DNA of 61,235 nucleotides, taken from Planctomycetota bacterium. GTDB lineage: Bacteria; Planctomycetota; UBA11346. The notes below the pieces were generated by a model. That model had not been told where the DNA came from and did not search any database. It was given only the letters and a program-made list of their open reading frames with translations. Location of the stretch: positions 1 through 61,235 of the forward strand of contig JAQIBG010000084.1 of assembly GCA_027859175.1 (NCBI GenBank), in the 5' to 3' direction. Below are positions 8,624 through 18,146 of this stretch, piece after piece. How positions within the stretch are numbered: the first letter of the stretch is position 1; each line of letters opens with the position of its first letter. A program made the position numbers and the translations under genes.

Positions 8624-11206
8624 CTAACGCCCGGTTTCCCCAGTCACAATCACATCGTCGACCTCACTACGCACATCACTGGCGTGCCAGCCCGCAGCCC
8701 GGTAGGCCCGCAGTTCAGCCAGCGCACTCGCGCTGAGCTGCCACTGCGGCGTCTTGGCTTGAGCCAGGGGGCAATCCGGTTCCGAGCGCAGGTCGTATTT
8801 GGCCGGATCTATAAAGTGCGGTGCAAGCCAGCGGCTGCCCTCTGCGGCCACTCGCTGCGACCAGTTCGCATAATCTACCGTCGCGCACACTGGTGGCTTG
8901 CTGCGCCAGTTGTCGTAGTAGCTCTTGCGAATGCCAAACGCATCGTCGCGCGACGCATACCACAGCGTGCCCACATCTTTGACGCCTTGATTCACATAAG
9001 TCTCAAACCAATCCGGATTGCCGTGACCCTGATAGAACACATAGGGTGACCAGCCAGCATCGTAGACACCGTTATGGCTATTGGTGCCGCGCGAATCGCT
9101 GGGTTGATCCCAGCTTACAATCGCGCAATCGCGCAACTCCAAACGATCGAGTTTGTAGGACCTTGGCAAACGATCGAGCCCGGCCACGGCAAAGTTCCAG
9201 CTATCGACCTCGCGATCGCCAGCCTGGAAAGTGAGAAGACCGATAGCAGGAGATCCTGCCATCAGACACCGTTCAAACACCACATCCTCGCCACTCACAA
9301 TCGCAGCCGCAGTTTTGTGATCATCCACGAATACGCTATCGCGCACCAGTACGCCATTCGAGATTTCCCAGTCGAAGCTCATCTTGTTGTCGACACCAAG
9401 CATCTCCTCAACCAACACATCACCACAAGCGACGTCGTACCACAAGCCGGTACCATTATTGCCAATCGCCGTATGCCGGCGCGTAATCATATCGGTAGTA
9501 CGATGAATTTTCACCCCGCCAGACGACCAGCCGCCATCAACGCGCCAGTTATTGAACGCAGCGCGGGTATCCTCCCACAGCACGTTATGAATCGTGCCCA
9601 TGGAGATGCCGCCGTAGCCGCCGTAGTTGGCCTCAACCTTGCGCACGGTTACGTTAGAGAAACTGCGAATGCTCAACTGGTTACTGTTATTATGAATAAA
9701 GCGACAGTTCTCGACCAGCGCATTGCGATTCACGATGGTCTTTCTTGGCTGATACCAGTGCCCCAGCATCACTGCGGCATGCGCTTCAATCCGGCCCGCC
9801 GCGGCCCTAAAATCTAGATTCCGCAACACCACCTCGCCCTTGCGGTGCACCCACAGGTGATAGCGACGCACCGCCACCTCCACCGAGGCGGTAGCGGGGT
9901 CAACGCCCGGAGCCGGCTTCCACACCAGCTTGTCACCATTCTCTGGACGCTCGAACACACCAAACGAGCCGGCCGGCAATTGCGCCGGGTCGGTGGCGCC
10001 GAGGTAGGTATAGGTGCCATATTTTCCAACATTCTGCGGCACGCCCGGGAATGCATCGGTCACCCCATCGGGATCTACTGCCTTGAAGCGATACAGCTCC
10101 ATCAGCACCTGCCGCTGCGGAACACCATCAACGAACATCAATTCAGACCGATGCTCATAGGGCTGCTTTGGGTTGTGTTGTTTCCAGCCACCCGGGTTGA
10201 AACCAAAGTCGTGCGGCCAATCGTGCTCATACCACACGGCGCCATCGGCTCCGCTTACTTTGCGCCAGTCGCTGAACTGATCAGTGCCAGTTATCGTCAC
10301 GGCGCCTGGCGCAGCGCCCTCAATAACCAGCAGGGTCTGCTTGGCCTTGCCGCCAATATCGTCACCCCTGATCACCCATTCGCCTTCACGATAGAGCCCG
10401 GCCGCAATACTGATTTTGGTTGGCACACCATCCTTCAGCAACTGCTTCGCCCGCTCAATACCCGCGGTGATGCTGCGAAAGGGTGTCGCGGCGCTGCCGT
10501 CGCCCTCGGCCACGGCAGCTTGGTCCACATGAAGCACAGCCTGAACCTGCGACTCATTGATCTGTGCGCCCGTGACACGACTCCAGTCAAGACTCGCTAC
10601 GCGACTGGGCAGATCTCGCTGCAGCGCGCGGGCACTGCGCCCGGTGCTTGTGCCGCCTGTCACCACAACCTGCACATCGGCGAAATCGGCGCTGCCAGAC
10701 TTGGCTTTTGACCCAAGGGTACAGCGCACGGTCTGGGCCCCGGCCGGCACCGCATAGGCTCGCTCAACCACCTCCCAGCCCGTGGTGTTGGTCGGCAGCC
10801 AGATCGACCGTTTCCAGTCGTCGAGCGGTTTGCCAGCAGCGTCAAAGAACGCCAACTCCGCACCCGGCACCTGCCAGGGCTTGTCGCCAGGCACAATGTC
10901 GGCGCGGCGCGACTGCAGGCGCAGGGTCAGCTCCTGCCACCCCTTATCGAGGATGCGTTCAACCATGATCTGGCCATGCGGCTCGGCAATGCGGACAAAG
11001 CTGGTGTCACCCTCAGCCATCACCGTGAAGCGATCCCGCATCCAGGCCTGCTCCGGATCCGCTGCCGCCCAACCAGCCGGACGGCCTTGATCCTGGTCGT
11101 GACTGCTGAACTGCCCTTCGGGCAGCACATTCTCGGCCGCTGGAAGGGTAAAGGCACAGCCGAGCGTCAGCAGCAGGCCAGTGAGAGCGGTTCGTACGAT
11201 TTGCAT
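8624..11206 (-). CDS. Secreted protein: N-terminal CBM-like jelly-roll plus right-handed parallel beta-helix (pectin-lyase-like fold)
   Basis: AAGGAG RBS before ATG 11206; signal peptide; GDGSAATPFRSI and IAAGLYRE motifs; beta-helix repeats NNWR..GGWSSGGVKI, NNGTGLWYD. Confidence 0.75.
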   Translation of the reverse strand: MQIVRTALTGLLLTLGCAFTLPAAENVLPEGQFSSHDQDQGRPAGWAAADPEQAWMRDRFTVMAEGDTSFVRIAEPHGQIMVERILDKGWQELTLRLQSRRADIVPGDKPWQVPGAELAFFDAAGKPLDDWKRSIWLPTNTTGWEVVERAYAVPAGAQTVRCTLGSKAKSGSADFADVQVVVTGGTSTGRSARALQRDLPSRVASLDWSRVTGAQINESQVQAVLHVDQAAVAEGDGSAATPFRSITAGIERAKQLLKDGVPTKISIAAGLYREGEWVIRGDDIGGKAKQTLLVIEGAAPGAVTITGTDQFSDWRKVSGADGAVWYEHDWPHDFGFNPGGWKQHNPKQPYEHRSELMFVDGVPQRQVLMELYRFKAVDPDGVTDAFPGVPQNVGKYGTYTYLGATDPAQLPAGSFGVFERPENGDKLVWKPAPGVDPATASVEVAVRRYHLWVHRKGEVVLRNLDFRAAAGRIEAHAAVMLGHWYQPRKTIVNRNALVENCRFIHNNSNQLSIRSFSNVTVRKVEANYGGYGGISMGTIHNVLWEDTRAAFNNWRVDGGWSSGGVKIHRTTDMITRRHTAIGNNGTGLWYDVACGDVLVEEMLGVDNKMSFDWEISNGVLVRDSVFVDDHKTAAAIVSGEDVVFERCLMAGSPAIGLLTFQAGDREVDSWNFAVAGLDRLPRSYKLDRLELRDCAIVSWDQPSDSRGTNSHNGVYDAGWSPYVFYQGHGNPDWFETYVNQGVKDVGTLWYASRDDAFGIRKSYYDNWRSKPPVCATVDYANWSQRVAAEGSRWLAPHFIDPAKYDLRSEPDCPLAQAKTPQWQLSASALAELRAYRAAGWHASDVRSEVDDVIVTGETGR

Positions 11207-11223
11207 GGGTCTCCTTGTGGCGC

Positions 11224-11249
11224 ACATATTGCACGCGCGTGCAGTATGT
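11224..11249. promoter_or_regulatory. 26-bp near-perfect palindrome in the divergent promoter region
   Basis: ACATATTGCACGCGCGTGCAGTATGT, one mismatched pair. Confidence 0.5.
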
Positions 11250-11322
11250 ACTGTGCAGGCATGACCTGCGTTGAGCGGTGCCTGCCACGCTGAGGGATCC
11301 ACCCCGGATGCGGCGCTGCCCA

Positions 11323-11411
11323 TGGTCTGACAAGCACTTATGCTAGAACGGTGACCGCCTTATGGTGGACAAACAAAATACACTCAACGGGATTGTCCAC
11401 CAGTTGTACAA
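11323..11411. promoter_or_regulatory. Putative GntR-type operator array between the two divergent CAZyme-like genes
   Basis: TGGTGGACAA (11363-11372) and TTGTCCACCA (11393-11402) form a perfect inverted repeat; related TGGTCTGACAA at 11323 and TTGTACAA at 11404. Confidence 0.55.
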
Positions 11412-11439
11412 TAGCTGTCCAATCTACGGAGTTCCCCCT

Positions 11440-14400
11440 ATGCCCAAGTTCGTCCTTCTCGCCCTGCTTGCCGCCAGCTGTGCCCTGGCCGCAACCGAGC
11501 CTGCCGTCACGGCGCTCGACGCCAAACGCTGGATCGTCCAGCCCGGTGCCACGCTTGACGTCAGTGCAACCGTCACCGGCCAAGCCGGTCAGGCCCTCAT
11601 CGTGCGCGCCGAGCTCAGCACGATCAAGGGTGATGCGGTGTGGGTGCAGGAGCAGACGATCACGCTGGATGCCGCCAAGAAGAAGCTGCGCTTCGCGGTC
11701 GACACCGCCAAACAGGCGCCCGGCGATCACAGCGTGCGCGTGAGCGTGCGCACCGAGCCCGCCGGCAAACCGGTCGCCGCCCGCGAGCGCGCCCTGATGC
11801 TCGCCCTGCCTGGCGACTTGGTCATCCTGTTCGACCAGAAGCCCGAGGCCCAGGGCATCCGCTTTAATGGCACCGGCATCCGCGCCGAGCAGATCACCGT
11901 TGAGGGCGCGCAGACCTGGGTCCACCTGCTGCAGGAAAATTCGCGGCAGGGCGCCGAGGGCTGGTGGCGCTCGATGCTGCTCACCCTCGACAACGAGGCC
12001 TACCGCAATGGCCAGCGACCCATTGCCGACGTCCAAGTGGTCTACCGCCACACCGAAGACGCGCCGGTTGAACTGGTGGCCGATACCGCTGAGGGCCCGC
12101 GCACCGTGGCCAAGGGCTGGGGCCGCAATCCCAAGTGGCAGCGCCTGAGCGCCTCACTTGGTGACGCCCGTTTCGCCGCCCCCGACCTCGATATCGACCC
12201 GAAGAAGCGCGCCACCGACGGCTGCGACCTGCGCTTCAATATGTGCAATGGCCTGGGCGCGATTCGCTCAGTTCGGATCCACGCGCCCGACGCGCGCAGT
12301 CCGCAAGACTGGAGCCGCTTCCTCAGCGCCGCGTCTTTTAGCTCTGACAAGGGTTGGATCGTGGAGCCAGGCCAGAGCGATGACATCGCCATCACCATCA
12401 CCAATAAGGCCCTCGGCGCCTATAAAGGCCAATTGATCGTTGAGCGCTGCAAAGCCAATGGCGACGTGCTCGAGAAGCGCGAACACCAAGTCACCATCAA
12501 GCCGGGTAGCGATCTGACCCACACCGAAGGCTTTGGCTCCGACCAAGCCACCGGTGAACAACTGCTGCGCTGGCGCCTGGTGCGCAAGGGCAAGCTTGAC
12601 GCCGGCTGGGAACACTCGCGTATGGTCGCCACCGACGATCAGATCTTCATCCTCTTCGAGCGTGAAATTATTGCGCGCGGCATCGAACTGGCCCCGGATC
12701 AAAATAATATCCGCGCCACCACCGTCACCACTCACGGCCTCGAGCGCAGCATGTGGACGGCTACCCATGGATCGGCCGAGGTGGGTTGGTGGAACAGCGT
12801 CAAGATGAACGTCACCGACGAGCGCTTCAACAATGGCGCGATGCCGGTTGCTGATATTGCCATGATGTTCCGCCAGGTATCCGACGCTCCGGTCAGCATC
12901 AGCGCCGACACCGCCAAGGGCGGCGGCCAGGTTGGTAATAGCTGGGGTGGCCGCGGCCCCAATTACGCACCCGACCCCCCAATCAAAGCGGTCACGGCGC
13001 ACCTCGATGACGCCGTATTCGGCCGCACCGAGCACACCGGCAAACCCGACCAACTGCTGACCAACGGCTATGACCTGCGCTACAACAGCTGCAGTTCGCC
13101 GGCCCTGATCCGCAGCGCGATTGTCACCGGTTACGCCCGCACCAAGGGCGTCGACTGGGCCCGCATGCTGCGCAAGTTGGGTGAAGACCTTGGCAAAGAC
13201 CGCTACGTGTTTACGCCCGGCGAAACCATCCAAGCCCAGATCAAGGTTGCCAATCGCGCCGCCATCGCCTGGACCGGCACCACCAAGGTCAGCCTCAGCA
13301 CTGATCTCGACAAAGTCCTGTGGAGCAAAGACCTCCCGACCGAACTCGCCGCGAATAGCGAAGACGGCATCCTCATTCCGATCGACACCGCAGACTTCCC
13401 CCACGGCGTCTACGTGTTGCGCGTCAACCTGGGCGGCCACATCGAAACCAAAACCTTCTTCGCCGTCAGCGACAACACGCCGCTGCCCAAGGCCGCCGAG
13501 GGTGAATTCTTGTTCGGCATGGACATGGGCAGCAGCAGCCCGCTCCAACTCGACTGGGCCGACTACATGGGCGTTGACATGTTCCGCAACTGTGGCCGTC
13601 AGGGTCGCAGCCTGGATGCCCTCACCACCGCAATCACCGCGCTCAAGGAACGCGGCTTCCGCGGCCACCTGATGTGGGATCCGCCGTGGCACCCCGACGC
13701 CACCAAGCGCGCCGAAATGATTCGCGATCACGTCGCCCGCATGGGAGCCGTGGCCGAAACCCATGGCGACTTTCTGCACTGGTACGAACTCGGTAACGAG
13801 CCCGACCTACCGTTCTTCTACGCCGGGCCGATTGACGCCTACATGGAAGGCTACGTTCCACTGTACGACGTCATCAAATCGAAAGATCCCACAGCCGTGG
13901 TGATGAACGGCGGCCTGTGCTTCCACGGGAAAGCCGGCTGGGACCGCGCCCACGAACTGATCCGCAAGATGCCCAAAGATAAGATCGACGCCTGGGCCTA
14001 CCACGGCCACGGCCCCGGCGCCCAGGCCGAACGCAACGCTTGGAACCGGCAACACAAGGCCGTGAGCGCGGTTGGGCTTGATGGTATCGATTATGTCGAA
14101 ACCGAATCTGGCGTCACCGGCAACGATGCCACTACCCTCCGCGGCCAGGCCCGCACCATCGTCCAGAAGCTCGTGTTTGCGCAATCCAAGCAGATGCCCG
14201 TGTTCTTCTGGTTCACCTTCGGCACCGGCACCGACGGCCGCTTTGCCTGGGGCATCTGCGAGAATGGTCGCGAGCCGCGCCCGGCGGTGTTGGCCCACCG
14301 CGCGATGGTGCAACGCCTGCGCGGCCTGCATTACTACGGCGCGCTCGACCTGCAGGCCGATCAAGCCGAGGCCCACCTATTTGCTGCCGACGACGGCCGG

Positions 14401-15846
14401 CGGGTGCTGGTGTCGTGGAGCCCACGCGGCGAACTGTCGCGCACCATCGCGGTTGGTCCCGGCATCAGTGATCTCACTGCGCACGACCTGTTCGGCAATC
14501 CGATCGCCATCGCCGAAGCCGCCCCCGGCTTGGTACCGGTGGCGATGAACGCCGATCCGGTGTGGGTCAGCTGGACCACCAGCGACGCTGCGTTCGAGGT
14601 CAGCGTGCCCCCAGCACCGATCGTGCTTCCGGCACGCCTCGCTGTAGTGCCGGGTCGCGAGGCCCACCTACCCACCACCCTGCGCAACACCACGGCGGGT
14701 GACATCACGGCTACGCTGAGCCTCACCACCACCGGTGAAACCCCGCTGCGCATCGCCGAAGCCAAGCAAGACGTGGTGGTGGCAGCCAACACAAGCAATG
14801 AGCTGACCGTGAAGATCCCGGTGGCCGACGTCGAGGCCAGCATCTGGCCGCGCCAATGGACGGTGTTCGCACCCATCAAGGGCTCGATAGATGCCAGCAC
14901 CTACACCAGCATCCCGAGCGTATTGAGCGTCAATAACATGGAGTATCCAGCCGCTTTCAGCAGCGACACTGGCCACGGTCTCGACATCGCCGCCGTTGCC
15001 GGTGGCCATGCCGAGAAGAAACAGGCCCTGTGTTTCGCCAGCATCGAACTCGACGCGCCACGCAGCATCGAAGTAGGCGCCAGCGCCGACTGGTGGATGC
15101 AGTGGTTTGTCAACGGCACCGAGGTGTACTCGACCATGAGCACCGGCAACCGGGGTGGCAAAGATCTCACGCGCCACACCTTCACCGTCGATCTCAAGGC
15201 CGGCACCAATATTATTGCGGTGCGCGTGCTGTCTGGCTCCGATGGCTGGAAACTGTTTAGCACGGGTCCGCAAGGTCTGGAAAGTGAGCGCCGGGCCAAG
15301 CGCGGCGAGCGCGATGCGCTGCGGGTAGAACTGCATGTTGGCGCCAACATGTTGGCGCGCGAAGACATCCCGGTCACCGTGCTCACGCCGGTTGATCAAG
15401 GCAGCACCGAACACAGCCACTTGACGGCACCCGATGGCCTGCTGGGCAATGTTGACAACCTGTTCATGGCGCAACCCGAACAGAGTCGCTGGTACCACGG
15501 CGACAAGGATCTGTCAGGCCGCTACTTTGTGCGCGACACCGGCACCGAGTTGGCTGTGATCGTGGCCGTGCGCGACGACACCGCCAAGCCCGGCGACCGC
15601 ACCATCGTGCACCTCGCCACCGGCGCCGACCTGGCCACACGGCACGAGTTCACGCCAAACGGCCAACGCGATGCCGCAAGCGGCCTCACCTGGTACGAAG
15701 CACGCATCCCACGCGCCACCATCGGCGCCGACCGCTTCGCGCTGCGCATCGTAGTGGAAGACGACGACTGGGGCGAACTCAAGCAGCGCGCCACCAGCAG
15801 CGCCGAAGATGAGCCAGAAACCTGGCTGCAAAGCTGGCTGCGGTAA
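11440..15846 (+). CDS. Large secreted multidomain glycoside hydrolase (clan GH-A, GH39-like) with Ig-like, duplicated jelly-roll-like and C-terminal CBM-like domains
   Basis: Signal peptide MPKFVLLALLAASCALA; acid/base motif WYELGNEPD; DAWAYHGH; nucleophile-like YVETESG. Confidence 0.75.
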   Translation: MPKFVLLALLAASCALAATEPAVTALDAKRWIVQPGATLDVSATVTGQAGQALIVRAELSTIKGDAVWVQEQTITLDAAKKKLRFAVDTAKQAPGDHSVRVSVRTEPAGKPVAARERALMLALPGDLVILFDQKPEAQGIRFNGTGIRAEQITVEGAQTWVHLLQENSRQGAEGWWRSMLLTLDNEAYRNGQRPIADVQVVYRHTEDAPVELVADTAEGPRTVAKGWGRNPKWQRLSASLGDARFAAPDLDIDPKKRATDGCDLRFNMCNGLGAIRSVRIHAPDARSPQDWSRFLSAASFSSDKGWIVEPGQSDDIAITITNKALGAYKGQLIVERCKANGDVLEKREHQVTIKPGSDLTHTEGFGSDQATGEQLLRWRLVRKGKLDAGWEHSRMVATDDQIFILFEREIIARGIELAPDQNNIRATTVTTHGLERSMWTATHGSAEVGWWNSVKMNVTDERFNNGAMPVADIAMMFRQVSDAPVSISADTAKGGGQVGNSWGGRGPNYAPDPPIKAVTAHLDDAVFGRTEHTGKPDQLLTNGYDLRYNSCSSPALIRSAIVTGYARTKGVDWARMLRKLGEDLGKDRYVFTPGETIQAQIKVANRAAIAWTGTTKVSLSTDLDKVLWSKDLPTELAANSEDGILIPIDTADFPHGVYVLRVNLGGHIETKTFFAVSDNTPLPKAAEGEFLFGMDMGSSSPLQLDWADYMGVDMFRNCGRQGRSLDALTTAITALKERGFRGHLMWDPPWHPDATKRAEMIRDHVARMGAVAETHGDFLHWYELGNEPDLPFFYAGPIDAYMEGYVPLYDVIKSKDPTAVVMNGGLCFHGKAGWDRAHELIRKMPKDKIDAWAYHGHGPGAQAERNAWNRQHKAVSAVGLDGIDYVETESGVTGNDATTLRGQARTIVQKLVFAQSKQMPVFFWFTFGTGTDGRFAWGICENGREPRPAVLAHRAMVQRLRGLHYYGALDLQADQAEAHLFAADDGRRVLVSWSPRGELSRTIAVGPGISDLTAHDLFGNPIAIAEAAPGLVPVAMNADPVWVSWTTSDAAFEVSVPPAPIVLPARLAVVPGREAHLPTTLRNTTAGDITATLSLTTTGETPLRIAEAKQDVVVAANTSNELTVKIPVADVEASIWPRQWTVFAPIKGSIDASTYTSIPSVLSVNNMEYPAAFSSDTGHGLDIAAVAGGHAEKKQALCFASIELDAPRSIEVGASADWWMQWFVNGTEVYSTMSTGNRGGKDLTRHTFTVDLKAGTNIIAVRVLSGSDGWKLFSTGPQGLESERRAKRGERDALRVELHVGANMLAREDIPVTVLTPVDQGSTEHSHLTAPDGLLGNVDNLFMAQPEQSRWYHGDKDLSGRYFVRDTGTELAVIVAVRDDTAKPGDRTIVHLATGADLATRHEFTPNGQRDAASGLTWYEARIPRATIGADRFALRIVVEDDDWGELKQRATSSAEDEPETWLQSWLR

Positions 15847-15883
15847 GGCGAGCACATCACGGGCGCGCCCACCTGCGCCCGCC

Positions 15884-15922
15884 AACACAAAGGGCTCCGC
15901 ACCACGCGGAGCCCTTTGTGTT
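15884..15922 (+). terminator. Rho-independent terminator (possibly bidirectional)
   Basis: AACACAAAGGGCTCCGC-ACCAC-GCGGAGCCCTTTGTGTT perfect stem downstream of the stop at 15846. Confidence 0.85.
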
Positions 15923-16036
15923 TGGTGACGACTCGCGTGCTGAGGCAGGCACATCTTACCATCCAAGACATAACGGCCTCTCACTGGCGAGGATGTTCCA
16001 AATTTCTATGCGATACTGGAGCAATAGGAGCCGCTC

Positions 16037-17137
16037 ATGCCCCAGGCACCCACTTACGACCTGCCCGCCCTTGATGACTTTGCCGCTACCTGCCAGCGCT
16101 TTGAGGCGTGGTGGAACTGCGAGGTCACCGATCGGCCGCCGGTTACGCTCTACACCTGTGATCAGCCAGCGCGGCCACCGGGCCCGGCAGCGCCGACCTA
16201 CGCAGATCACCGCGCGCGCTGGTTTGACATCGAGCAGCGCCTGGCTGCGCACGCCCACGCGGTTTCCCATACGCGCTATGTCGGCGACACCGTCCCCACT
16301 TTTATGCCCAACCTTGGCCCCGAAGTGGTGGCCACCTGCTACGGCGCCGAGCTGACCTTCACTGATTCCACCTCTTGGGCCGAGCCCTGCTGCGCTTCGG
16401 CGGCCGAGGTCTGCCAACGCCAACTCAGCCGCGATGGCGCGTACTGGCAATGGATTTTGAACGCCACCAAACGCTCGCTCGAATTGGGCGCCGGCAAGTG
16501 GCTGACCGCCGGCACCGACCTGCACACCAGTGGTGACCTGATTGCCGCACTACGCGACCCACAAGAAATTTTGCTTGAGATGGCGCTCGATGACGCCGCT
16601 GTCGACACCGCCATGCACCATCTGGCGGGCATCTTCGAACCGCTGTATCGCGATCAGGCCGATCCGATCCGCGCGATTGGCCAGCCGATGCTGTCGTGGA
16701 CCAACTGCCTGTGCGATGGCTTTGGCGGCGTGGTTCAATGCGATCTGATCTGCATGCTGTCGCCCGCACACTTCCAGCGCTTCATCTTGCCGCTGCTGCA
16801 AGAAGAGATGGCCTTCCTCGACCGTAGCCTGTTTCATCTCGACGGCCCGGGCGCGCTGCGGCATCTCGATGACTTCATCGCCTGCGATGATTTGGACGCG
16901 ATTCAGTGGGTTTACGGCGCCGGTGGCGGCAAGGCCAGCGATTGGACCGAGGTTTACCAACGCATTCAGGCCGGGGGCAAGGCCATGCACATTGTGTGCG
17001 CCGATCTCAACGACGCGCGTGGCGTGATGCAAGCCATCGGCCCCGCTGGCGCCTGGTTTGAAATCCACGGCAGCTACCCCATGGCCGAAGTCGACGCCTT
17101 CCTTAAAGAAGTGACCGAGTGGCGGGCGCCGCGTTAA
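16037..17137 (+). CDS. Uroporphyrinogen decarboxylase / corrinoid methyltransferase (URO-D/CIMS) superfamily protein
   Basis: AGGAG RBS; DLHTSGDLIAALRDPQEILL, QCDLICMLSP, FHLDGPGALRHLD, IQWVYGAG. Confidence 0.75.
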   Translation: MPQAPTYDLPALDDFAATCQRFEAWWNCEVTDRPPVTLYTCDQPARPPGPAAPTYADHRARWFDIEQRLAAHAHAVSHTRYVGDTVPTFMPNLGPEVVATCYGAELTFTDSTSWAEPCCASAAEVCQRQLSRDGAYWQWILNATKRSLELGAGKWLTAGTDLHTSGDLIAALRDPQEILLEMALDDAAVDTAMHHLAGIFEPLYRDQADPIRAIGQPMLSWTNCLCDGFGGVVQCDLICMLSPAHFQRFILPLLQEEMAFLDRSLFHLDGPGALRHLDDFIACDDLDAIQWVYGAGGGKASDWTEVYQRIQAGGKAMHIVCADLNDARGVMQAIGPAGAWFEIHGSYPMAEVDAFLKEVTEWRAPR

Positions 17138-17165
17138 TCCCCGCTTCGCACTTCGCCTCAAAACG

Positions 17166-17197
17166 ATGGACCTCGGCGTTGACGCGCCGAGGTCCAT
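17166..17197. terminator. Hairpin between convergent genes, probable terminator
   Basis: ATGGACCTCGGCG-TTGACG-CGCCGAGGTCCAT 13-bp stem followed by an AT-rich run. Confidence 0.7.
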
Positions 17198-17246
17198 TAA
17201 TTATTGATACCATGGAGGCCGTTGAAGGCCGTGGCGCAAGCGCTCG

Positions 17247-17984
17247 TTACGGCGTGCTGCCCGGATCGGCTATGCCATACCACAGCACCATGGGCTTCAC
17301 CGCCGCCACGTGCATATCGCAGTAGAGAGCGTTGCTGCCACTGCCGTGGCGATCGGGCTCAGTGTAGGTATAGGTATCACCGTTTTTATCGAATTCACCA
17401 GGCTCACTGTACTTGGCGTTGGCAAACCAGTTGCGGCTCTCACCCACCAAAACGCGCTGGGTTTGCCGAGTCAGCTCGTCTTGATGCAGGATGCGCCACT
17501 GGAAGCCCTGCTCGATGCCATCGAAGGGGTCGTCGTTAACCCAGGCATCGGGCCGGGTCAGGTACAAGCTGCGGCCATAGCCGGTGTAGCCCGCATTGAG
17601 ATTCCACTTGTTGTTGCCGCCCACCCCGGCGCCCTGCCATTCGGGGCAACCCCACAACACACCACGCTTGACCGTGTCGCCAAACTGACTGCTTTCGATC
17701 TCCACATAGGCCTGGATCAGGTCGTGCCAATGCACGCCATAGGGGTAGCTGGCCGGGTCGTGGTCAGTCCACGTGGTCGGCACTTTGCCTGGCACCATCT
17801 GGCCGTCGTAGTCGCTGACATAACCCTGGATTGCCATGCCGGCCTGGCGCAGATTGGACAGGCACTGCGTTTTGCGCGCCGCACTCCGGGCCAAACCAAT
17901 CGCCGGCAGCAGCAGGGCAGCCAGCACCGCGATAATGGAAATCACCACCAGGAGTTCGATCAGGGTAAAGCCACGACGTTGCAT
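17247..17984 (-). CDS. Prepilin-type N-terminal cleavage/methylation protein, DUF1559-like
   Basis: GGAGG RBS; [26 protein letters not shown]...[12 protein letters not shown]; C-terminal H-X9-D motif [15 protein letters not shown]. Confidence 0.9.
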   Translation of the reverse strand: MQRRGFTLIELLVVISIIAVLAALLLPAIGLARSAARKTQCLSNLRQAGMAIQGYVSDYDGQMVPGKVPTTWTDHDPASYPYGVHWHDLIQAYVEIESSQFGDTVKRGVLWGCPEWQGAGVGGNNKWNLNAGYTGYGRSLYLTRPDAWVNDDPFDGIEQGFQWRILHQDELTRQTQRVLVGESRNWFANAKYSEPGEFDKNGDTYTYTEPDRHGSGSNALYCDMHVAAVKPMVLWYGIADPGSTP

Positions 17985-18067
17985 CTGGGCACCTCCAGAA
18001 GCCATTGTAGCGCAGGCCATCGTTGCGGCCCACATCCTTTGTAAGTGATGTTACCACAAGGACCCGA

Positions 18068-18126
18068 GCGCAACGTTGCGCAACGCGGGGGCTCACACCC
18101 GCCGCTTTTGCGAAACCGTTGCGCAA
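18068..18126. promoter_or_regulatory. Two LacI-family-type operator palindromes upstream of the prepilin-like gene
   Basis: GCGCAACGTTGCGC (18068-18081, perfect) and TTGCGAAACCGTTGCGCAA (18108-18126, imperfect). Confidence 0.6.
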
Positions 18127-18146
18127 GCCTGGGCGGCGCCCCCGAC

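Noticed and set aside
12268-13779. 503-aa minus-strand ORF and similar antisense ORFs (40935-42110, 53271-54305, 57415-58635, 23579-24565)
   Set aside because: Each overlaps a well-supported gene on the other strand, as expected in GC-rich DNA
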